DNA of 17,361 nucleotides from a virus: UHGV virus genome UHGV-2175977; one strand, 5' to 3'. Shown piece by piece: positions 8,745 to 15,938 of this stretch (position 1 is its first letter; each line of letters starts with the position of its first letter). The notes under the pieces were generated by a model. It saw only the letters and a program-made list of their open reading frames with translations, ran no database searches and was not told where the DNA came from. The position numbers and the translations under genes were made by a program.

Positions 8745-9198
8745 GCAGCAAATCCGGCAGGTCTGCCGCCAGTGCATGGACCGCTGCCGGGCGGGTGAAA
8801 CATGGCCTCCTGACCTGGCTGAGTTTGTGGCACTGATTCCGGAAAGCGGGGCCAATCCATTCGGTCTGACGGTGGGTGCTGTGATGGAGGAGTACCGACG
8901 CTGGCGCAATGAGTCCTGGCGATACGACGGAAGCGATAAATACCCGTGGTCTCAGCCTGTGCTGTATCACATATGCCTCGAGATGCGTTCAAAGGGGATT
9001 GAACGCCAGATGACCGAAGGGGAGTTAAAACGGTTTGCAGAACGGCAACTGACGAAATGGTCAAAGCATGTTGGTATGGGCCTCAGCGTTCCGCCAGTCC
9101 GGCGACAACTGGCGGCCCCCAAACGCCCGTCGGGACCAACGCCAATTGAGTTGCTGAAACAGGAATATGAACGCCGGAAAGCGGCTGGTTTTGTATGA
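8533..9198 (+). CDS. Putative lambda-P-like replication protein (helicase loader); 5' 212 nt overlap previous ORF out of frame
   Basis: 221-aa ORF with AGGGGGTGA RBS 6 nt before ATG 8533; segments MTEQQIRQV..., WPPDLAEFVALI, KYPWSQP, GELKRFAERQL align by eye to recalled lambda P; no Walker A, so not DnaC-like. Alternative start ATG 8737. Confidence 0.45.
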   Translation: MQQHQVAPHHGQFRKFGQHVSSGNVKTDLSATETAWKLWELMGEVYSDRWTRKNGAAPSKLWIAQIGAMTEQQIRQVCRQCMDRCRAGETWPPDLAEFVALIPESGANPFGLTVGAVMEEYRRWRNESWRYDGSDKYPWSQPVLYHICLEMRSKGIERQMTEGELKRFAERQLTKWSKHVGMGLSVPPVRRQLAAPKRPSGPTPIELLKQEYERRKAAGFV

Positions 9199-9650
9199 AT
9201 TGTGAAGGAGATTTTTCAGGAGGACTTGTGAAAAAAGTATTTACACAGGAAGAGCGGGAAAAAATTAAGAGGCAGGTTGTCGAACTCGTGCGACAGAGCG
9301 GGCGCGAGACGTTACGACAACTGGAAGCGAAAACAGGTGCGACAAGATATCTGCTGAGCGTTCTTGCCAGAGAGCTGGTTGCCAGTGGTGATGTATACAA
9401 TTCAGGCTACGGATTATTCCCGTCTGAGCAGGCGCGTAAAGACTGGCAAAACGCCCGCAAAAAACTATCAAGGGAAAAGGTGAAAAAACCGGTTGTGGTT
9501 GATCCTGACCTTATCTGGTCATTACCAGACGGAGAAATACGCCGCTACGACAGGCGTCAGAACATAATCTGTTGCGAGTGCAGGAAGAGCGAAGTTATGC
9601 AGCGCGTGCTGGCGTTTTATCAGGGAAATTATCAGGGGGGCTGTGAGTAA
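9195..9650 (+). CDS. Hypothetical protein (winged-helix-like N-terminus)
   Basis: 151-aa ORF; ATG 9195 overlaps upstream stop (ATGA); in-frame GTG at 9228 preceded by AGGAGG is an alternative start. Confidence 0.5.
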   Translation: MNCEGDFSGGLVKKVFTQEEREKIKRQVVELVRQSGRETLRQLEAKTGATRYLLSVLARELVASGDVYNSGYGLFPSEQARKDWQNARKKLSREKVKKPVVVDPDLIWSLPDGEIRRYDRRQNIICCECRKSEVMQRVLAFYQGNYQGGCE

Positions 9651-9703
9651 AATTAGCTATCAGGCTTCAATTATCGCTGGCATTCGCATCAAAGGAGAGG
9701 AGC

Positions 9704-10060
9704 ATGGAAATAAAACCAGAAGATGAGTTAAGTAATATTGTTTTATTTCCGGTAAAAGAGGATGACCCACGTAATCAGGTTAATTTTCTTTATGAGCCAT
9801 CGGAAAGACCATATTGTCATCACGCCTCTGTCCGGGTTGACGAAAAAGAGCGTCAGGTCCGCTGTAAAATCTGCGGTGCAGTTGTGGAGCCATTTGACTG
9901 GATGCTCTCTGTGGCGAAAAGAGAAACCAGACTGGCAGATGATGTAAGGCTCTTGCGCCAGGAGGAACGGGAAAGGCGAAAAAATATAGAAAAGCTAATT
10001 CAGATTGAGCGTAACGCGAAAGCGCGGATACGCAGGGTGACAAAATCCAGAACTGAATAA
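9704..10060 (+). CDS. Hypothetical zinc-ribbon protein with basic coiled-coil tail
   Basis: 118-aa ORF; AAAGGAGAGGAG RBS; C-H-H ... C-x2-C (PYCHHASV...CKICG) then Arg/Glu-rich helix. Confidence 0.55.
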   Translation: MEIKPEDELSNIVLFPVKEDDPRNQVNFLYEPSERPYCHHASVRVDEKERQVRCKICGAVVEPFDWMLSVAKRETRLADDVRLLRQEERERRKNIEKLIQIERNAKARIRRVTKSRTE

Positions 10061-10153
10061 TTAAATTTAGCACTGTTAAAAATTTAATCCTTAACCGGAG
10101 GGATTTCTGCACCTTCAGAACAGCAGGAGGCCACCCGAAAGGGCGGTAGTGAA

Positions 10154-10351
10154 ATGCGAAAGTTCAAAATAATTATTGAAACTGGAATAGCTGGTGGAGA
10201 TTTTGAGGATGTATTCGAAGTGGACGATGACGCAACACCTGATGAAATTCATGACGAAGCAAAAGAAATTTTCTTTAACTACTGCAATTACTCATATCAC
10301 GAAATAAAAGACGAAGAGGAAGAACAAAATGGCTGGTTTTGGTTCAACTAA
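10154..10351 (+). CDS. Small highly acidic hypothetical protein
   Basis: 65-aa ORF, Asp/Glu-rich (FEDVFEVDDDATPDEIHDEAKE...KDEEEEQ); SD-like AGGAGG (10125-10130) and GAAA-loop hairpin just upstream. Confidence 0.45.
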   Translation: MRKFKIIIETGIAGGDFEDVFEVDDDATPDEIHDEAKEIFFNYCNYSYHEIKDEEEEQNGWFWFN

Positions 10352-10505
10352 ATACAACGTCAGTTTTGAAGAATGGCATGAACTGTTAATGGATTATGCA
10401 GAGTTACGTGGTGGAAGTGCTGCTGATGCTGAAGCCTGGCGTGATGACTACGAAGCAGGAAAAACTCCGGTCGAAGCATATTGTGATGAGTGGGGCGATG
10501 AATGA
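10329..10505 (+). CDS. Unlisted 58-aa acidic small ORF, translationally coupled on both sides
   Basis: Hand-translated: MAGFGSTKYNVSFEEWHELLMDYAELRGGSAADAEAWRDDYEAGKTPVEAYCDEWGDE; ATG 10329 lies inside the upstream gene's 3' end; its TGA (10503-10505) overlaps the next ATG (10502). Confidence 0.35.
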   Translation: MAGFGSTKYNVSFEEWHELLMDYAELRGGSAADAEAWRDDYEAGKTPVEAYCDEWGDE

Positions 10506-11017
10506 GCGAGATTAATTATCAGGAAGGGCATGAAACGGCAGGGCAGGCAAAACCAGTTGCATGGCGATATCGCTACGTGAAAAAAGGCGTTACGGACTTT
10601 CAGGAGAAGATGTGGGTTGGTGACTGGAAATATGTACCGACAAAAGAGGATTGCAACGACAGGCCGAGCTATGAGATTCAGGCCTTATTCACTGCCCCGT
10701 CAGTCCCGGTGACATCAGAAGGACTGGTTAAAGCCGTGCGCTTTTATGAACAGGTAAAGCGTGAGAATCCACCAGTCGAAACAGGAGCATGGAAAGATGC
10801 TGTTGATTGGGTGCTCAAAGAGGCCTGCTGTGCTGTCATTCTGAGTAAAGCCGACAATCCACTGGCATCCAGTAATCAGGTTGGCGAATTAACAATGTGG
10901 GTTAAACGACTGGTCAGTCAACTGAAAAAAGCTCAGCCGGACTGCAAATTACCGGAGAAGGCGATGGATTACCTGAAACGAAATGGACTGATAAGCGCGG
11001 AGGATATTTTACGATGA
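10502..11017 (+). CDS. Hypothetical protein
   Basis: 171-aa ORF in the nin-equivalent region; start coupled to upstream small ORF. Confidence 0.55.
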   Translation: MSEINYQEGHETAGQAKPVAWRYRYVKKGVTDFQEKMWVGDWKYVPTKEDCNDRPSYEIQALFTAPSVPVTSEGLVKAVRFYEQVKRENPPVETGAWKDAVDWVLKEACCAVILSKADNPLASSNQVGELTMWVKRLVSQLKKAQPDCKLPEKAMDYLKRNGLISAEDILR

Positions 11018-11097
11018 CCTGGCCTGAAGCATTCACAACGGCAGGAATTGCAATGGCGGAGGCGCTGGTGATGTATTCTATTTGCGGTTGGGGATAA
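11014..11097 (+). CDS. Unlisted 27-aa hydrophobic peptide ORF
   Basis: ATGA overlap with upstream stop; MTWPEAFTTAGIAMAEALVMYSICGWG; directly followed by the terminator. Confidence 0.25.
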   Translation: MTWPEAFTTAGIAMAEALVMYSICGWG

Positions 11098-11104
11098 ATC
11101 GTTG

Positions 11105-11150
11105 AAAAAAGCTCCCGACACAAACATGAGTCGGGAGCTTTGATTTATAT
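11105..11150. terminator. Bidirectional intrinsic terminator between convergent operons
   Basis: 10-bp perfect stem AGCTCCCGAC (11110-11119) / GTCGGGAGCT (11130-11139), 10-nt loop, A6 upstream and T-rich tail downstream. Confidence 0.6.
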
Positions 11151-11221
11151 GGCTTACGAATCCGCCAGCAAGAGAGTGGGCGGACATTTTATTCTAACAC
11201 CGGAATTCTGTGGGGACAAGT

Positions 11222-11521
11222 TTATAAGAAATCGGTTTCATAACTTTGTCCGCCATGATAAACACCTGCGATAAAGACTTTATTGTCATCAACGGCAAAA
11301 GCAATAATCGTTCTGTGGCGGAAATGAGTTACCCGCATCCCCTGGCGAATATCATCGCGTTTATTGCCCCGATGCGGAAATGCAGAAAACCCATCAAGAT
11401 AATCAAGAAGCGCATTGGCATAATTGTCAGCAATGACGCCTCCTGCTTTCTCCGTTATATATCTGTGCAGGTTTATTATCTGCTGTTCGGCCTCGGGGGT
11501 AATGATGACTTCAAATGTCAT
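11222..11521 (-). CDS. Type II toxin, ParE/RelE superfamily
   Basis: 99-aa ORF 5 nt downstream of a small RHH-like ORF; size and motifs (…RQGMRVTHFRHRTIIAFAVDDNKVFIAGVYHGGQSYE) fit ParE-like toxins. Confidence 0.7.
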   Translation of the reverse strand: MTFEVIITPEAEQQIINLHRYITEKAGGVIADNYANALLDYLDGFSAFPHRGNKRDDIRQGMRVTHFRHRTIIAFAVDDNKVFIAGVYHGGQSYETDFL

Positions 11522-11526
11522 GCAGA

Positions 11527-11784
11527 CTACTTCCCGGATCTAATCGCGGCGCGAACCTGTGAAATGGAGCGTCCGTTGTTTGGGTTTTCGCGGATAGAAT
11601 CAAGAGAGGGGGCGACTGAATGCGTTAACCACGCTTCGATTGCTTTATCGCGCTCATTCAGTGCGCGAAGCCCTTCACGAATGACCTCGCTTTCTGAAGC
11701 ATAGGCACCGGAAGCCACACGGGAGCGCACCATGTCAGCCATCTCGTTAGTTAATGTAATACTGAATTGTTGGGTTGTACGCAT
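11527..11784 (-). CDS. Type II antitoxin, ParD/CopG ribbon-helix-helix family
   Basis: ORF track starts at 11847; ATG at 11784 has GTGAGG RBS and gives MRTTQQFSITLTNEMADMVRSRVASGAYASESEVIREGLRAL (RHH fold pattern). Confidence 0.65.
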   Translation of the reverse strand: MRTTQQFSITLTNEMADMVRSRVASGAYASESEVIREGLRALNERDKAIEAWLTHSVAPSLDSIRENPNNGRSISQVRAAIRSGK

Positions 11785-11834
11785 GGTAAACCTCACGGAG
11801 TAGGATAGAACACCATTCGATGATAGCACGCTGC

Positions 11835-11850
11835 CTGTTGACGACAACAG
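11835..11850. promoter_or_regulatory. Inverted repeat CTGTTG-ACGA-CAACAG upstream of the antitoxin (candidate TA operator / divergent promoter region)
   Basis: 6-bp arms with 4-bp spacer about 50-65 bp upstream of the antitoxin start; minus-strand TATCAT -10-like hexamer between it and the gene. Confidence 0.3.
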
Positions 11851-11919
11851 AAATCAGAGACAATATTGCCTCCAGCCAGCCTGAACAACTGGCACCTGCT
11901 GCGCCAGCAGAGACAACGG

Positions 11920-12198
11920 ATGGCGCACGATACCAGATTACACAATTCTGATAATCTCGCCGTCTTTGCCAGCAGGCACGGGCGGCATTCACACGCATTC
12001 AAATCTGACTGGTTCCGGCATGATCCATGTACTGAAGAACAGGCAGAGTGGCTAATTCAGAACTACCGCAGACGTGGTTACGAGTTTCAGAAAGACCTAA
12101 GTCTTGACCGCCTGTACTGGATCATCTCCGTCAGGCTCCCTTATTCCGAACGCCCACCGCGTCCATCCCGCACGTACCAGCAACGGATCTGGAGGTAA
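11920..12198 (+). CDS. Hypothetical protein
   Basis: ORF track begins at TTG 11866; first ATG at 11920 (MAHDTRLHNSD...); stop is 1 nt before the GTG start of the next gene. Confidence 0.4.
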   Translation: MAHDTRLHNSDNLAVFASRHGRHSHAFKSDWFRHDPCTEEQAEWLIQNYRRRGYEFQKDLSLDRLYWIISVRLPYSERPPRPSRTYQQRIWR

Positions 12199-12199
12199 C

Positions 12200-13252
12200 G
12201 TGAGGGTATTAGTGACACCTGAAATTGCTCACCGTCTGGGGATTGTACTTTTCAGACCCGGTCCTGATGCGATGCCTTTGTTTATGCAGGGGCGTGTGCT
12301 GGTGGAGCCTGAACCGAAAAGCATGCGCGGTCTGCCGTCCGGAGTCGTTCCTGCCGTTCGCCAGCCGTTGGCGGAAGATAAATCATTACTCCCATTTTTC
12401 AGCAATGAGCGTGTGATTCGTGCTGCCGGCGGCGCTGGTGCACTGTCTGACTGGCTGTTGCGTCATGTCAAATCCTGCCAGTGGCCTCATGGTGACTATC
12501 ATCACAGTGAAACCGTCATACATCGTTACGGTACCGGAGCGATGGTGTTGTGCTGGCACTGCGACAACCAGCTGCGTGACCAGACATCCGAATCACTTGA
12601 GCAACTTGCTCAACAAAACCAGGCAGAATGGATGATTGACGTCATACGCCATGCAATGAACGGCACGCAGGAGCGGGAATTATCGCTGGCTGAATTATGC
12701 TGGTGGGCGGTGTGCAATCAGGTGACGGATGCACTACCCGAGACAGTATTGAGTCGTTCGATGGGATTACCTGCGGAAAAAATACGCTCTGTATACCGCG
12801 AAAGCGACATCATACCAGGAGAAAAGACCGCCACCAGCATACTGAAACAGCGCACAAAAAATCTTGTGCTGCCGACCCACCAGCAACAGAACCGACCACA
12901 GGAAAATAAGGTGGTCACCCTTACCGTTGATCCCGATTCTCCGGCTCAGTATCTCCGGCGCCAGAAACCACAACGGGAAGAGATGCCCGTATACACGCGC
13001 TGGGTAAAAACGCAGAAATGCATGACGTGTGGCAATCAGGCAGATGATCCGCATCACATCATTGGTCATGGACTGGGAGGGATGGGAACAAAGGCTGACG
13101 ATTTATTTGTTATTCCGCTGTGTCGTAAATGCCACAACGAACTGCATGCCGGGGTAAAAGAATTTGAAGAAAAACACGGCAGCCAGCTGTTGTTGTTGAT
13201 TTGTTTTTTAATGCACGCGAAAAATTCGGGCGTCCTGAAGTGGAATGCATAA
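12200..13252 (+). CDS. DUF968-like protein with C-terminal HNH-like Cys/His motif
   Basis: ORF track starts at 12104; GTG at 12200 preceded by GGAGG. C-terminal CMTCGNQADDPHHIIGHGLGG...PLCRKCHNELHAG resembles an HNH/zinc-finger nuclease motif. Confidence 0.6.
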   Translation: MRVLVTPEIAHRLGIVLFRPGPDAMPLFMQGRVLVEPEPKSMRGLPSGVVPAVRQPLAEDKSLLPFFSNERVIRAAGGAGALSDWLLRHVKSCQWPHGDYHHSETVIHRYGTGAMVLCWHCDNQLRDQTSESLEQLAQQNQAEWMIDVIRHAMNGTQERELSLAELCWWAVCNQVTDALPETVLSRSMGLPAEKIRSVYRESDIIPGEKTATSILKQRTKNLVLPTHQQQNRPQENKVVTLTVDPDSPAQYLRRQKPQREEMPVYTRWVKTQKCMTCGNQADDPHHIIGHGLGGMGTKADDLFVIPLCRKCHNELHAGVKEFEEKHGSQLLLLICFLMHAKNSGVLKWNA

Positions 13253-13618
13253 ATGACTGAACACATAGAATTTGTTTTGCCTTACCCGCCAACGGTGAAT
13301 ACTTACTGGCGACGTCGTGGCAGCACATATTTTGTATCAAAAGTCGGTGAACGTTATCGCCGGGATGTGGCGTTAATTGTTCGCCAACAGCGGTTGAAAT
13401 TAAACCTGTCCGGAAGGCTGGCAATAAAAATTATTGCAGAGCCACCGGATAAGCGCCGCCGCGACCTGGACAATATCCTGAAGGCACCACTGGATGCACT
13501 GACGCATGCCGGACTATTCATAGACGACGAGCAGTTTGATGAAATTAATATTGTGCGCGGTCAGCCCGTTCCTGGTGGGCGGCTGGGGATAAAAATCACA
13601 GAACTGGAGTGCGCATGA
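13253..13618 (+). CDS. rusA: Holliday junction resolvase RusA
   Basis: 121-aa ORF; …PPDKRRRDLDNILKAPLDALTHAGLFIDDEQ… matches recalled RusA catalytic region; start abuts upstream stop. Confidence 0.85.
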   Translation: MTEHIEFVLPYPPTVNTYWRRRGSTYFVSKVGERYRRDVALIVRQQRLKLNLSGRLAIKIIAEPPDKRRRDLDNILKAPLDALTHAGLFIDDEQFDEINIVRGQPVPGGRLGIKITELECA

Positions 13619-14283
13619 ATAACCAGTATTTACAGTTTGTGCGTGAGCAGCTCATTATCGCCACCGCTGATTTGAGTGGGGCAACAAAAGGTCAGCTTGA
13701 AGCCTGGCAGGAGAATGCCATGTTCGATACAGGGCGTTACAGGCGTAAAAAAATCCGGTACCGCGATGAAGTGACTGGAAAAATGATAACGCGGGATAAT
13801 CCACCAATCCCGGGAAAACAATCGCTGGCGAAAGGCTCATCAATTGCCCTGGTCAGCCCGGTTGAGTTTTCGACATCATCATGGCGGCGGGCGGTTCTGT
13901 CTATTGAAGAACATCAGAAAGCCTGGTTGTTGTGGTGTTACAGCGGGAGTATTTGCTGGGAGTATCAGGTCACTATAACCCACTGGGCATGGGAAGAGTT
14001 TAAGGCCCATTGTGGCAACAGGAAAATTGCAGAGAAAACACGGGAACGCCTGAAAAAATTAATCTGGCTGGCGGCGCAGGCAGTAAAAGCAGAAATTTTT
14101 GGTAAGGAAGGTTACGAATACCAGGATCTGGCATTACTGGCGGGAGTGACAGCCAAAAACTGGTCCAAAACATTTACTGGTCACTGGATTGCAATGAAAC
14201 ACATTTTTCACCGGCTGGATAGTGAGGCTTTATTGTTTGTGACGAGAACACGTTCAAAACAAAAGGCGGCATTTTCACAGTAA
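13615..14283 (+). CDS. Putative late-gene antiterminator Q
   Basis: 222 aa from ATG 13615 (ATGA overlap with rusA stop); last gene before a promoter plus short-leader terminator, the canonical Q position; no sequence match recalled. Confidence 0.5.
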   Translation: MNNQYLQFVREQLIIATADLSGATKGQLEAWQENAMFDTGRYRRKKIRYRDEVTGKMITRDNPPIPGKQSLAKGSSIALVSPVEFSTSSWRRAVLSIEEHQKAWLLWCYSGSICWEYQVTITHWAWEEFKAHCGNRKIAEKTRERLKKLIWLAAQAVKAEIFGKEGYEYQDLALLAGVTAKNWSKTFTGHWIAMKHIFHRLDSEALLFVTRTRSKQKAAFSQ

Positions 14284-14287
14284 AGTA

Positions 14288-14316
14288 TTGCAAAAGTAGA
14301 TTAAAAGGCATATATT
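14288..14316 (+). promoter_or_regulatory. PR'-like late promoter
   Basis: -35 TTGCAA (14288-14293), 17-nt spacer, -10 TATATT (14311-14316), just downstream of the Q-like gene. Confidence 0.35.
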
Positions 14317-14366
14317 TCGTGTGAATTTGATATTCTGCCGATTTTGTACGTAATGGCAAATCAAGC

Positions 14367-14393
14367 AAAACCCGCCGCCGAGTGGGTTTTTTT
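14367..14393 (+). terminator. tR'-like intrinsic terminator
   Basis: Stem AAAACCCGC / GTGGGTTTT (one G-U pair), 6-nt loop, then T-run; about 50-70 nt downstream of the predicted promoter. Confidence 0.6.
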
Positions 14394-14533
14394 ATACCTG
14401 AAAAAGACACAGAACATTAAATGTGATGGCTATTGTGCTATGAGTTTTTCCTGCTATGAAGCTTCTTGACTACATGGAGCTCCATTTGTTATGCAATATA
14501 TTGTTATGTTTTTGAGTTGTTAATGGTGTTGCT

Positions 14534-15247
14534 ATGGATGACAGTACTCTGCTCAGGTACTCTTCACTTTTTGTTGCTTATATGGGATGTCTTGGGTGGG
14601 GAAGCGCTTACTTTTATGGCTGGGGTACATCCTTTTATTATGGTTTCCCATGGTGGGTGGTTGGGGCTGGTGTCGATGATGTGGCCAGAAGCCTTTTTTA
14701 TGCCGTTACAGTCATTGTTATATTCCTGATTGGGTGGGGAGTCGGTGTTGTTTTCTTCCTGGGGATCAAACAAAAAAATAATGTGCAGGATCTGAGTTTT
14801 ATCAGACTTTTTCTGGCGATATTGTTGCTTTTTGTTCCGCCTGCTCTGGAGTTTTCAGTAATTCATCGACGCGTTGCGCTAGATGCATTGGTTTTATGCG
14901 TTATTGCTGCCTTAATAATTACGGTTTTTGTCAGGTCAGGAAGAAGACTTATTTCAGTCAAATGTTTTTCGGAAATGTCTTTTATTCGTCATCACTGGAT
15001 TGAGTGTATGATGGTCGGATTCATGATCTATTTCTGGGGATTTTCACTTATTGCCGGTTGGTACAAACCCCAGTTTAAGAAGGAATATCAGATGCTCCAC
15101 TATGATAGTGTCTGGTATTATGTTCTTGCACGCTATGATGACAGGCTGGTGTTGTCGAAATCGTACAGTAATGGGAGTTCTACATTCGTTATACTTAATA
15201 GCGGGCAGATTGATGACTTCGAAATTAATGTAGTCAGAGTGCGTTAA
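14534..15247 (+). CDS. Integral membrane protein of unknown function (about five predicted TM helices, ~55-aa C-terminal soluble tail)
   Basis: 237-aa ORF; hydrophobic segments SSLFVAYMGCLGWGSAYFYGW, SLFYAVTVIVIFLIGWGVGVVFFLGI, FIRLFLAILLLFVPPAL, LDALVLCVIAALIITVFV, WIECMMVGFMIYFWGFSLIAGW; visibly T-rich; first ORF after the tR'-like terminator. Confidence 0.6.
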   Translation: MDDSTLLRYSSLFVAYMGCLGWGSAYFYGWGTSFYYGFPWWVVGAGVDDVARSLFYAVTVIVIFLIGWGVGVVFFLGIKQKNNVQDLSFIRLFLAILLLFVPPALEFSVIHRRVALDALVLCVIAALIITVFVRSGRRLISVKCFSEMSFIRHHWIECMMVGFMIYFWGFSLIAGWYKPQFKKEYQMLHYDSVWYYVLARYDDRLVLSKSYSNGSSTFVILNSGQIDDFEINVVRVR

Positions 15248-15369
15248 TATTGCCTGAGTAATTTTCTGTTGACCGCTCAAATTCTTTTACCATGTGTAGG
15301 CCAATATGCAGGATTTAATCAGGGAAGGGTATTGCAGAGCAAAACTGGCATAAGTATTATTCCGCATAC

Positions 15370-15445
15370 GGCCCTTTAGCTCAGTGGTGAGAGCGAGCGA
15401 CTCATAATCGCCAGGTCGCTGGTTCAAATCCAGCAAGGGCCACCA
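15370..15445 (+). tRNA. tRNA with CAU anticodon (Ile2/Met type, ileZ-like)
   Basis: Cloverleaf by hand: acceptor GGCCCTT/AAGGGCC, D-arm GCTC...GAGC, anticodon loop CTCATAA, T-arm GCTGG-TTCAAAT-CCAGC, discriminator A, CCA encoded. Confidence 0.85.
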
Positions 15446-15446
15446 A

Positions 15447-15523
15447 CCGCCACTAGCTCATCAGGAGAGAGCATCAGCCTTCTAAGCTGACTGTGCGGGG
15501 TTCGAGTCCCCGGTGGCGGTCCA
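15447..15523 (+). tRNA. tRNA-Arg (anticodon UCU, argN-like)
   Basis: Acceptor CCGCCAC/GTGGCGG, D-arm GCTC...GAGC, anticodon stem TCAGC/GCTGA with loop CTTCTAA, T-arm CGGGG-TTCGAGT-CCCCG, CCA encoded. Confidence 0.85.
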
Positions 15524-15525
15524 GC

Positions 15526-15598
15526 GCCGACTTACCTCAGTCGGCAGAACAGTTTAGTTGTAACCATCAGGCCACCACTTCAATTCCGGTAGTCGGCA
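15526..15598 (+). pseudogene. Degenerate tRNA-like element
   Basis: Perfect 7-bp acceptor pairing GCCGACT/AGTCGGC, T8/A9 and TTCAATT T-loop present, but D-, anticodon- and T-stems do not pair canonically and no CCA. Confidence 0.3.
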
Positions 15599-15938
15599 CT
15601 AAATTTCCAGGCTCGTGCTCACGGCCTGCTTCATATCCGCGCCAGGTCCGTCGCGATTAAACCACAGGGCTTTTCAGGAGGGGCCACAGAGAGCGTCACA
15701 CTGACCATTCCCTGTGGCTTGTGCTGAGATCCGGTCAGTGAAATTGTGCAAAGGGAATCTTCGGGAGCTTTGGGCAGAATGTCAGTTATTGATGTTGACA
15801 TCCTCCACACCCTGAAGGTCGGGGTTTTACGGCGCACTGGATAAAATACCTGAACAAACAGCCTCTTCGTGCGGCTTTTTTATAACGAGATTCTGACTTG
15901 CTGCCGTCCGTAATGTCGGATGGCGGAGGTGAGGGACT

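Noticed and set aside
15795-15800. Consensus TTGACA -35 hexamer as a holin promoter
   Set aside because: No acceptable -10 hexamer at 16-19 bp spacing; the hexamer is one arm of a short inverted repeat.
15631-15837. 68-aa minus-strand ORF in the tRNA-holin gap
   Set aside because: No RBS, Ser/Thr/Pro-rich unstructured translation, antisense to the late operon.
15599-15938. Shiga toxin or other toxin genes in the Q-tRNA-holin slot
   Set aside because: No ORF of adequate length in this interval.
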